The translations under genes and the position numbers were made by a program. A stretch of DNA of 64,000 nt from Candidatus Bathyarchaeota archaeon (GTDB lineage Archaea; Thermoproteota; Bathyarchaeia; Bathyarchaeales; Bathycorpusculaceae). Shown piece after piece: positions 19,756-29,030 of this stretch. The stretch is taken from assembly GCA_963767735.1 (NCBI GenBank), contig CAVYES010000007.1, positions 96,001-160,000 on the forward strand. The letters are read 5' to 3'. Positions within the stretch are counted from its first letter, which is position 1. Every line of letters begins with the position of its first letter. The notes below the pieces were generated by a model. The model saw only the letters and a program-made list of their open reading frames with translations, was not told where the DNA came from and did no database searches.

Positions 19756-19798
19756 ATAAAATAAAGAAAAGATTGCCCTTAAGAAAAAGGCGGTTAAA

Positions 19799-21253
19799 TT
19801 AACGTTTTACTGTGCTGATTAACTGTTTTTCAGCGTTGAAAACTTCAACTGTCAGCGGCATTTGTCCAACTGCAAAGTGTGTTGCGCATCCGAAGCATGG
19901 GTCGTAGGCTCTGAAAGCCATTTCAACCATGTTCAGTATGCCTTGGTCAACTTTGCCTTTGTGGATTAAGCCTTTGGCTGCGTCGCGAATGCTCATGCAT
20001 ATTGCTGGGTAATTGTTTGTGGTTGCAACAATTAGGTTTACGTCTTTGACAAGCGCATCTTTGTCTAATGTGTAGTGGTGAATCAACGTGCCTCTTGCGG
20101 CCTCCACTATGCCGATGCCTTCGCCTGGTTCTCCCGGCGTGTTACGGACGTTTGTGCTGGTGATTTCTGGATCTTTAACCAGCTCCATGGTTCTTTCTGT
20201 GGCGTAGAGGAGCTCGATTAAGCGTGCCCAGTGGAAAGCCAGTGTGCTGTGGACTGGTTTGCCGCCTAGTGTCTTGTACATTACTTCGTATTCTGCCTGC
20301 GCTAAGGGTGTTGCCATTCCGTCAGAAGCGTTTAATCGTCCAAGTGGACCGACACGGTAAACACCGCTGTCTGCGCCTGCAACTTGGCCTTTCCAGCCAA
20401 CGGCTTTGAGATATGGGAACTTGCTGTATGTCCATTCTTCGACGTGTTCGCCGATGTGTTTGAGGTAGTCTTTTGATTCGAACTTTAGGAATTCTTTGCC
20501 GGTTGGGTCTACAACGCGGATTTTGCCGTCGTAAAAGTTTACTTTGTTGTTTTCGTCAACCATTCCCATGTAGTAGGTTGGCATCGTGTAGGCTTGGCTT
20601 TTGATTAGGTCGACGTATTTGGTGTTGCCTAAAACGATGTCATGGAAAATTTTAAGCGTGAACTGTGCGAAGTTTACGCATGAAGAAGCCATTTGCTCGA
20701 TTTCTTGCCTGTTTTCTTCGCTCAGTGGCTTGGAGATTCCGCCTGGTAGTCCGCAAACTGGGTGGGTTGCTTTTCCTCCGATGATTTCAGTTATTTTTTG
20801 TCCGTATGCCCTGTGTTTTATGACCTCTTTTGCAACTGGCAAACCAGCTTTCTCAATGACGCCGAGTATGTTGCGTTTTTCTGCTGGTGCGTCTGGTCCA
20901 ACTATGAAGTCGGGTCCGCCAAGGAAGTAGAAGTGGAGTATGTGATCGTAGATATAGTAGCCATTGTACATTAGCGCGCGTAGTTTTTTAGCGGCTGAAG
21001 GTGGTTCAACATTGAATGCTGCATCTAAGGCTTTCACTGCTGCAAAATGGTGAGCTACAGGACAGACACCGCAGATTCTGGTCGTGAGCTGCGGCATGAG
21101 TTCTGCTTTTCTGCCGATGCAAAATTTCTCGAAGCCTCTTAGTTCTGGAATTTTAAGGTAAGCATTTTCTACTTCACCTTGATCATTTAGGAATATGGAT
21201 ACGTTTCCGTGTCCTTCAAGACGAGTGATTGGGTCTATAATTATTTCTTTCAT
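19799..21253 (-). CDS. mvhA: [NiFe]-hydrogenase large subunit, MvhA type (group 3c)
   Basis: PITRLEGHG, RICGVC, EAARGTLIHHY, AFRAYDPCFGCATH plus C-terminal extension. Confidence 0.9.
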   Translation of the reverse strand: MKEIIIDPITRLEGHGNVSIFLNDQGEVENAYLKIPELRGFEKFCIGRKAELMPQLTTRICGVCPVAHHFAAVKALDAAFNVEPPSAAKKLRALMYNGYYIYDHILHFYFLGGPDFIVGPDAPAEKRNILGVIEKAGLPVAKEVIKHRAYGQKITEIIGGKATHPVCGLPGGISKPLSEENRQEIEQMASSCVNFAQFTLKIFHDIVLGNTKYVDLIKSQAYTMPTYYMGMVDENNKVNFYDGKIRVVDPTGKEFLKFESKDYLKHIGEHVEEWTYSKFPYLKAVGWKGQVAGADSGVYRVGPLGRLNASDGMATPLAQAEYEVMYKTLGGKPVHSTLAFHWARLIELLYATERTMELVKDPEITSTNVRNTPGEPGEGIGIVEAARGTLIHHYTLDKDALVKDVNLIVATTNNYPAICMSIRDAAKGLIHKGKVDQGILNMVEMAFRAYDPCFGCATHFAVGQMPLTVEVFNAEKQLISTVKR

Positions 21254-22239
21254 TTTTTAATCACCTTTCTTTTAAGAATCGAAGCTGGAAGTGAATACAT
21301 GAAGAATGAGCCGACAGGATCCTTTACTTGGCTAAGCAAAGTCTCAATCTCTTTTTCAGTGTATTTCGCCTTTCCTGGTTCACCATCATACCCCAGTATT
21401 GAAGCTAAAGCGGATATCATTGCTGCTCCTTGATCGGGCACGTTCGGAGCTGGACCACCGCACCCTGTGCACGGCATGTCAACCTTTAAGCATTGAGCGC
21501 CGCAGCCACTTCTGGTTGCAAGTCCCATGCAGATGATGCCTTGTTCAAGGAGGCATTTTTCTGGCTCAGGAACCTTCTCGTAGACTCGGTAGATTTTGTC
21601 GATTTTTTTGTTTTCGCGTTTTCTTGGGCATTCGTCGCATACTGCTTTGAGGGGTGCAAGTACCGAGCCTTTTGGCGGCAGCTTGTTGCTTGCTATTGCA
21701 TCTACTGCACCAGCGATTAGTTTGACTGGCGGTGGACAACCTGGGAGGTAATAATCCACATCTACCGTTTGCGCTAAGGTTTTTACTGTGTCGTAGAACT
21801 CGGGGATTTTAAGTGTGCCTTCTTTGACTTGAGTTTGAGTTTTAGGTATAGTTGCTTGTGGGTTAACGTTTGATTTGTCTTTTATGTAAACTTGATCGAA
21901 AATTTCTTTCTTGTCATTTAAGTTCGCTAGTCCTGGCACGCTTCCTTGGTGAGCGCATGAGCCGAAAGCAACAAGGGTTTTTGATTTTTCTCTCAGCACC
22001 TTGGCCATGTGTTCTTGTTCGGAGTTGCGTATTGAACCGTTGAAGAATGTTATGTCAATTGACTTGTCAGGCATTGCTTCGACGTCTTTGTATTTGATGT
22101 CGATGGCTACTGGCCAAAAAACTATGTCGGCTAATGCTACTACGTCAAGGATTTTCTCGTTTAAGTCTAAGACGGCTATTTCGCAGCCGCCGCAACTTGC
22201 AGCCCAGTAAAAGGCTATTTTTAACTTGTTTTTACTCAT
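21250..22239 (-). CDS. mvhG: [NiFe]-hydrogenase small subunit, MvhG type
   Basis: ASCGGCE, FGSCA, PGCPP, CDECP, CLLEQGIICMG, PCTGCGGP. Confidence 0.9.
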   Translation of the reverse strand: MSKNKLKIAFYWAASCGGCEIAVLDLNEKILDVVALADIVFWPVAIDIKYKDVEAMPDKSIDITFFNGSIRNSEQEHMAKVLREKSKTLVAFGSCAHQGSVPGLANLNDKKEIFDQVYIKDKSNVNPQATIPKTQTQVKEGTLKIPEFYDTVKTLAQTVDVDYYLPGCPPPVKLIAGAVDAIASNKLPPKGSVLAPLKAVCDECPRKRENKKIDKIYRVYEKVPEPEKCLLEQGIICMGLATRSGCGAQCLKVDMPCTGCGGPAPNVPDQGAAMISALASILGYDGEPGKAKYTEKEIETLLSQVKDPVGSFFMYSLPASILKRKVIKK

Positions 22240-23129
22240 TGTTTGTTTACTCCCTCAGTTACTTGTTTTAGGATTTTTGATGCGTTTACTCGGAGTTCGT
22301 TGAAGGCTAATTCTTCAGGTGTTAAGCCCATTGCTAACCCGAGTAGCTGTGGGTAATGGAGTATTGGAATCCCATAGGTTTCATTAAACGTTTTCTCTAT
22401 TCGCAACTCGTTTGTGTCGTACATTATGTGGCAAAATGGACAAATTGTGATTAACGCTTGAGCCTCAACCATTTTTACGTGGTTTAGTTTGTCTCGTGCG
22501 AGTTGCAGTGCAATTTTGTCGCTGACTCCGACGCTTGGTGCTCCACAGCACTCGGTTTCGTCAATGTAGTCTAGGCATGCGGCTCCCGTTGCTTCGATGA
22601 GCATCTTGAGGGTTTGCGGGTCTTCGGGGTCGTCAAAGCCAATGTATTCTTTGGGTCTCAGGACGTGACAGCCGTTGTGTTCAGCGACTTTAAGCATGGT
22701 AAGCGGCTTTACGATGGAGGCTTTTATTTTTTCTATACCCACGTCTTCCTTTAGAAATTGCAGCAGATGTTTTGTTTCAATGGTTCCTTTAAATTCTAAC
22801 CCTGCTTCTTTGAGGTGACAGTTAATTTGCTCTTTTAGGGCTTTGTCTTCTTTTAGGATTTTATTAACTTTCTTGAGCGTGCCTGCGCAACCCGGACAAA
22901 GCGTGAGAATATTCAAGCCTTGTTGTTCTGCCAGTGCCAAGTTTTTGGCTGCTAAAATAAGCATGGTTTCATGGCTCACGGGATCTAACGGTAAACCGCA
23001 ACAGTTGAACTCAGGCATTTCAACCAGGTCAACGCCAAGTTTAGTGAGCACTTTGCGTGCGGAAATCTCGTAAGCTGAAACCCGGTACGGGATAGCGCAT
23101 CCAAGAAAAATGAGGCACTTATTGCCCAT
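22236..23129 (-). CDS. hdrB: Heterodisulfide reductase subunit B
   Basis: Two CCG domains (FNCCG, TECCG), CPGC, GCH, CPFCH, LHYPQLLGLAMG. Confidence 0.9.
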   Translation of the reverse strand: MGNKCLIFLGCAIPYRVSAYEISARKVLTKLGVDLVEMPEFNCCGLPLDPVSHETMLILAAKNLALAEQQGLNILTLCPGCAGTLKKVNKILKEDKALKEQINCHLKEAGLEFKGTIETKHLLQFLKEDVGIEKIKASIVKPLTMLKVAEHNGCHVLRPKEYIGFDDPEDPQTLKMLIEATGAACLDYIDETECCGAPSVGVSDKIALQLARDKLNHVKMVEAQALITICPFCHIMYDTNELRIEKTFNETYGIPILHYPQLLGLAMGLTPEELAFNELRVNASKILKQVTEGVNKQ

Positions 23130-23676
23130 TCGTTTTTTCTCCAGTTGTCGGTTGGATGCTTTCGACGAATTTTACGCCTTTGAGCGCTTTCCGCACCTTC
23201 TCCGGATTACCTTTCGGCAGTGGCGGTAAACATTGCGATTCACGCTTTTTGATTCTTAACTCAGGAATCTTATAAGCATAACCTGATTCAAGCAGGCTGG
23301 CGGCTTGCTCTTTGAAAACTTGAGGTATGCAGCCATTTTCCACGGCTAAATTGCGAAGTACACGGATTACGCTTGCCACTTCAACATCCTGTGGACAGCG
23401 GTCTGTGCATGTGAAGCAAGCGGCGCATAACCATAACGTGTCGCTTTTAAGCACGCGGTCACGAAGGCCAAGTTGAGCCATGTGGATTAGGGTTCGCGGA
23501 CGGTAACTATCGCTGAATCTTGCAACTGGACAGACTGAAGTGCATGTTCCACATTCGAAACACTTGAGAATTTTTTCGCTTCCGTGCATTTTAAGCAGTT
23601 CATACTTAAATTTAGGGTCTAGCTCGGAAGCTCTTATAGGCTCTTTATGTAACGTTATTGAGGATGTTTCAGTCAT
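23119..23676 (-). CDS. hdrC: Heterodisulfide reductase subunit C
   Basis: CFECGTCTSVCP and WLCAACFTCTDRCP. Confidence 0.9.
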   Translation of the reverse strand: MTETSSITLHKEPIRASELDPKFKYELLKMHGSEKILKCFECGTCTSVCPVARFSDSYRPRTLIHMAQLGLRDRVLKSDTLWLCAACFTCTDRCPQDVEVASVIRVLRNLAVENGCIPQVFKEQAASLLESGYAYKIPELRIKKRESQCLPPLPKGNPEKVRKALKGVKFVESIQPTTGEKTNGQ

Positions 23677-23856
23677 GTGTAATTCACTTTGACTGTAGCA
23701 CCAAACGTGCTTATTTCAATCAGAATGCCAAACTCAACTAAATAAATGTTCAGCCGAAGCTTAGACTATTCTTCCATGTTTTATTCAGCGTTTTCTCTTT
23801 CCAGCCGCTTCATTAAAAAACTAATTATATTAAATAAAAATTAAAATTGTGCTGGT

Positions 23857-25282
23857 TTACCTTATTTTGCGGTCAACCAGTTTGCCATCAGCATCGACCA
23901 GTTTTATGTCTAAGGGCATTTTGCCAACGGCGTGTGTTGCACAGCTTAAGCATGGGTCGAACGCTCGGATTACTGCTTCAACACGATTGAGCATGCCTTC
24001 TTGAAGCTGTTTTGCTTTTACGTATTTTTTGGCCACCTGTGTTATTGCCATGTTGTAGGCGAGGTTGTTGTGTTCTGTTGCGATCATCATGTTGTTCGAT
24101 GTGATTAGTCCTTGCGGGTCAACTTTGTAGTGGTGGATTAGTGTGCCTCTTGGTGCTTCAGCTACTCCGACGCCTTCATACTTGTTTACCATTGCTTTGG
24201 ATGTAACGTGTTCGGAGAGGATTTCTGGGTCTTCAAGAAGTTTTTTGGCGGTTTCAACACAGAACAGCAACTCCACCAATCGTGCGTAGTGATAGTGGAA
24301 GGTGCTTTGAACCACGCCGTTCTTGCCCAGTTTCTTGAATTCTTTCAGTTCTTGGTCTGCAAGCGGTGTATCGCAGTGAGAAGCAACATTAAGTCTTGCT
24401 AATGGTCCGACTCGGTAGGCGCCGTCTGGGTAACCGATGGCTTTGAAGTATGGGAACTTCATGAAGGACCATGGTTCAACGGCTTCACCGATAAATTCAT
24501 TGTACTTTGCTGGGTCAACGCATTCCGCCGCTACTTTGCCATTTTTATCCATTATGCGGATTTTGCCATCGTAATGTTCAAGTCCGCCGTCAGGAGTCAC
24601 CAAACCCATATAGTAAGTTGGGAAGTTGCCGAAGTTTTCAACTTCTTCGCTCAAATCCATCTAAGCATTTTCTTGAACAAGGCAATGGTTTTCAGTGTGC
24701 TTTCTAGGGCTTCAGGCAGATTAGCTATCAGGTAATCAGCTCTTTCTTTTGTTAGTGGCCATTTGGCGCCGCCTGGCAGTATCCAGTCGCTGAGTGGATT
24801 CGTTTGCCAGCGATTTTCTCGATGATTTCTTGACCGAACTTTCGAAGTTTAATACCTTGCCGTGCAAGTTCTGGGTCTTTCTCGATTAAGCCGAAGACGT
24901 TTCTTACTGCTGGGTCTGAGTCCATACCTAAAAGCAGGTCAGGTGAGGAGAGGTGGTAGAAGTTTAAGGCGTGAGATTGAATTAGTTGCCCCATATGCAT
25001 TAAGCGTCTTAGCATTATTGCTGTTTTTGGTGGGCTAACTCCGACGATGGCGTCGCATGCTTTGGCTGAAGCTAACAGGTGGCTTACTGGGCAGATGCCG
25101 CAGGCTCTAGAAGTTATGCTTGGCATTTCATAGAATGGTCTGCCTTCAGTGAATTTTTCAAAACCTCTGAAGTCAGTTACTTGGAACCTTGCTTCTTTTA
25201 CTGAATCATCGTTGTTTAGGAAGATGGTTACTTGAGCGTGCCCTTCTATTCTTGTTATTGGGCTATTACGATTTGTTTACAG
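23857..25282 (-). pseudogene. hoxH: HoxH-type (group 3d) [NiFe]-hydrogenase large subunit, frameshifted (decay or consensus error)
   Basis: [28 protein letters not shown] split over several frames; indels near 25265, 24790 and 24660; 5' end approximate. Confidence 0.8.
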
Positions 25283-25294
25283 TCTTTTTGTTCT

Positions 25295-25838
25295 TTAACC
25301 ATATTTTGATTTACCCTCCATGTTTGGTGTTCTGCCAGCCAACAGCTCAGTTAACACGTAGTTAATCAGGTCTGCTGATGGCGGACACCCAGGAATGAAA
25401 AAGTCAACTTTAACAGCTTCGTGAAGCGGGCGAGCCTTAACAAGCAGTTTTGGCACATTGGTCTGGTATTGAGCGTTTAAATCAGACTTTTCAATGTATG
25501 CTCGTTCCATGATTGCTTGATCACTGTGACGCCAAGAATTTCTTAGATGCGGTAACGTTTCCTGTTACGGCGCAATCACCAAGTGAAATCAAAACTTTTG
25601 TTCTAGCTCTTACCTTCTGAAGCATGTGCAGTTGCTCTTCGTTTGCTATTGCGCCTTCGATGAGTGTTACGTCAACGTTTTCTGGAAATTCCTTTACGTC
25701 AGCGATTGGGCTGTAAACTAACTGTATTTTCTGGGCTAAATCAATAAGTCGCTCATCTTGGTCTAGGAATGACATGTGGCAGCCTGAGCAGCCGCTAAGC
25801 CAAACGGTGGCGACTCTAACTTTTCCTTGTGCGGTCAT
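25295..25838 (-). pseudogene. hoxY: HoxY small subunit with one frameshift
   Basis: [26 protein letters not shown]; one extra base in the expected TALRN motif near 25546. Confidence 0.8.
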
Positions 25839-26544
25839 TTGCGGTTCCTCCTTGCCAAGATAAACTCGGCAATATCTTTACGCTTGGTATGGTCGATGGG
25901 TTCTGCTTCAATGTAGATTGCTCCTACAGGGCAAACTTTTGCGCATTTGCGGCATGAAGTGCAAGAGCAAGAATTAGCCCAGTGTTCATCAAGATCCATG
26001 ATTACTTGAGAGTCTTTACCTCGTAGCTTAAGGTCAAGCGTGTGAACGCCTTCAATTTGATCACAGACACGAATGCATCGAGTACACAAAATGCATCTGT
26101 TGCGGTCAATAACTAAGAAGTCATGAGTTAGAATCAATTTGATCATTGCTCCAGTTTCGCTCAAACATGACATGGTCAACGCCCAGCTGGTTTGCCAACG
26201 CTTGCAGTTCACAGTGGTCGTTAGCTACACAGACTGAGCAGATGTGAGTTCGCTCAGCAAGAAGCATTTGCACAACCATCTTGCGGTGATCTTTAAGCCT
26301 GTCTGAATTGGTTGTAATTTCCATTCCTGGTCCTACTGGTGTTGTGCAAGCAGGGAAGAGCTTTGGTGAACCGCTAATTTCAACTAGGCACATGCGGCAG
26401 CCGCCATAGGCAGTTAAACCTTCTAGGTTGCATAATGTGGGAATTATGATGCCGTTATCTTTAGCAGCTTTCAGAATGGTGGTGCCTTCAGGAACTGAAA
26501 CTTCAATGCCGTCAATTTTGAGTTTAACACTTTGAAACGATCAT
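25835..26544 (-). pseudogene. hoxU: HoxU diaphorase Fe-S subunit with frameshifts
   Basis: IPTLC...GGCRMC, HICSVC...CELQ, CILCTRC, CTSCRKC; extra bases near 26541 and 26132. Confidence 0.8.
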
Positions 26545-26546
26545 GT

Positions 26547-28193
26547 TTATTCTTCCTCCTTAGCCTTCTTGAAGCATTTACCCGCTTCACACTTCTTTTC
26601 AACGATATGTTTGATGTATTCATCTTTGAAGTATCGAAGAGTAGTTATAACTGGATTAGGAGCTGTTTGACCAAGACCGCAAAGGCTTGCATCCCGTATG
26701 AAGACACCGGATTTCTCCAGAGTGGTAATGTCTTCCATTTTTCCGTCGCCTGTAGTAATTTTGTCATATATTTCTTTAACTCGGGCTAAGCCTGCTCTGC
26801 ATGGAGTACATTTGCCGCATGATTCGTCTACACAGAATTCGGTGAAGAACCTTGCAGTATCAACCATACAGGATTCATCGTCAAGTACTACGATACCGCC
26901 TGAACCCATAATTGCTCCAACTTTTGTTAATGACTCATAGTCGATTGGAGATTCAAGCAATGTTTCAGGTAGGCAACCGCCTGAAGGACCGCCTACAAGG
27001 ACAGCTTTGAATTTTTTTCCGTCAGGAACGCCACCGCCGATTTCGAATACTACTTCTCTAAGGGTGATTCCCATTGGCACTTCGATTAAGCCTGGATTGT
27101 TAACTTTCCCAGTTAATGAGAAGCATTTGGTTCCACTGCATCTTGGCGTGCCCATCTTTGAGAACCATAAGCCGCCGTTTTGTATGATTAGCGGTATGTT
27201 GGCTAAGGTTTCAACGTTCTGTATAAGCGTTGGTTTCTGCCATAAACCAGAGTTTGCTGGGTATGGTGGACGTGGACGAGGCATTGCTCTGCGACCTTCA
27301 ACTGAGGCAAGAATAGCTGTTTCTTCTCCAGCTACGAATGCGCCTGCGCCGAACCGTAGTTCAAGGTCAAACTTGAACTGAGTCTCCAAAATATTATCAC
27401 CTAGTAATGACATTGCTTTTGCTTGAGCTATAGCTTTCACTAACGTTTGAATAGCTAATGGATACTCGGACCTAATGTAAATGTAACCTTTTTCTGCTCC
27501 AACAGCATAAGCGGCAATAAGCATGCCTTCGATAATAGCGTGCGGATCAGCTTCAGCTAAGGTTCTGTTTGCGAAGACACCTGGGTCTCCTTCGTCTAAG
27601 TTGGCAACTATGTATTTTGGAGAGTTGTGTGCCCTTGATACAAGAGCCCATTTTTGCCCAGTTGGGAAACCTGCGCCGCCTCGACCTCTAAGACCGCTGG
27701 TTGTAACTTCGTATATTACACCTTGCGGCGTCATTGTTGCGAGACATTTAGCTATGGCAGAGTAGCCGCCTGCAGAAATGTAATCTTGAATTCTTGAAGG
27801 GTCAATTTTTCCAGCATTGCGCAAGACAAGTCGATGTTGCTTTTTGAAGTAAGCTTCATTTTTGTACAGCATTTCTTTAACTGGTAAACCAAGAACTATG
27901 TGGTCACGAACTATTTCTCTCACTGTTTCCGGAGTAACGGCTTGGTAAAGGTAGTCTCCCGGTTCAATTAGCACTGCTGGACCAACAGAGCATGTGCCGA
28001 TACAGCCTGTACGCGCAACTTTGCATTCCTTATCTACGCCGAATTCTTTTACGGCATCTTCGAATGCTTTCAGTACTTTGAATGCTCCGAAAGGAACACA
28101 TCCGCTTGAACAGCAAACGTTAATGCGGTATTTGTAAGCTTTTTGAAAATCAAGTTCTTGCTCTGTTATTTTTTGAAGATCAGCTAGTTTCAG
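26547..28193 (-). CDS. hoxF: HoxF / NuoF-like NADH-binding diaphorase subunit
   Basis: GLRGRGGAGFPTG, NLDEGDPG, GEETA, ESCGKCTPCR, LCGLG; frame stays open upstream of 27974 to a CTG at 28193 preceded by GGAGG, adding a thioredoxin-like 2Fe-2S domain. Confidence 0.85.
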   Translation of the reverse strand: MKLADLQKITEQELDFQKAYKYRINVCCSSGCVPFGAFKVLKAFEDAVKEFGVDKECKVARTGCIGTCSVGPAVLIEPGDYLYQAVTPETVREIVRDHIVLGLPVKEMLYKNEAYFKKQHRLVLRNAGKIDPSRIQDYISAGGYSAIAKCLATMTPQGVIYEVTTSGLRGRGGAGFPTGQKWALVSRAHNSPKYIVANLDEGDPGVFANRTLAEADPHAIIEGMLIAAYAVGAEKGYIYIRSEYPLAIQTLVKAIAQAKAMSLLGDNILETQFKFDLELRFGAGAFVAGEETAILASVEGRRAMPRPRPPYPANSGLWQKPTLIQNVETLANIPLIIQNGGLWFSKMGTPRCSGTKCFSLTGKVNNPGLIEVPMGITLREVVFEIGGGVPDGKKFKAVLVGGPSGGCLPETLLESPIDYESLTKVGAIMGSGGIVVLDDESCMVDTARFFTEFCVDESCGKCTPCRAGLARVKEIYDKITTGDGKMEDITTLEKSGVFIRDASLCGLGQTAPNPVITTLRYFKDEYIKHIVEKKCEAGKCFKKAKEEE

Positions 28194-28647
28194 CTTTAAT
28201 TCCTCCCAGCACGTTTTTTATTTTTTCTATCACTATTTCTTTTGTGGCTTTACCTATAACTTCATCATCAACCACAATGTTTGGTGCCATAGCGCATGCG
28301 CCGATGCAGCGTGTAATAAGCAGGGAAAGTTTTCCATCAGCAGTTGATCCTCCACGTTTAAGATTAAATTCGTATTCAATTGCCTCCATGATTTTTTCAA
28401 CACCTTTCACGTAGCAGGCAGTTCCTAAGCAACCAGTCACAATGTGTTGGCCTGGTTTTCTAAGTTTGAAGAAGCTGTAGAAGGTGGTTACACCGTAAAC
28501 GTGGCTCGGAGGGATGTTAAGTGACCCAGCAATATCCATAAGCAAATCTTTATCTAAATAACCGTAAATTTCTTGGGCACGATGAAGTATTTCTAGAAGA
28601 GCACTTTCTTGATAATTATGTTCTTTCAGAACTTTTTCCAACAACAA
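28180..28647 (-). CDS. hoxE: HoxE / NuoE-like 2Fe-2S subunit
   Basis: VYGVTTFYSFF, CLGTAC, CIGACAMAP. Confidence 0.88.
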   Translation of the reverse strand: MLLEKVLKEHNYQESALLEILHRAQEIYGYLDKDLLMDIAGSLNIPPSHVYGVTTFYSFFKLRKPGQHIVTGCLGTACYVKGVEKIMEAIEYEFNLKRGGSTADGKLSLLITRCIGACAMAPNIVVDDEVIGKATKEIVIEKIKNVLGGIKAETS

Positions 28648-29030
28648 ACGTCTATTATCTATCTCAGACCAAGCATTTGATCCTCCTTTGTTTTGTTAGC
28701 GGAACCAATTTTTGCCTCAGGGCATTACGGAAAAGTCTAATATAAAAGGTTTAAGGAAGGACTTTGAGAAATTTTACCGAAAAAAATGGGAAATCACAGA
28801 AAGTGGTGGAATCTAATATCTGTTAATGCCGTTGAAAGAGTAATTTGAAACATAAAAATATGGAAAAATTTTCATAAATTTCATAATAAGCATCTATTTA
28901 TTGTAAACAATCTATACTGTATATACAGGTATAGCGCAATCTTTTGAGAAAACAACAAATGAGAAAAATTATGCGAGAGTTACAGGTAAGAGGAAGCAAC
29001 CTCTGGTTGCATGAGGATGCCTCTGTCTCC

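Noticed and set aside
19799-26544. Selenocysteine or programmed frameshifting in the hydrogenase genes
   Set aside because: Ni-ligand motifs use Cys codons, the breaks are indels rather than in-frame TGA, and no slippery heptamers are evident.
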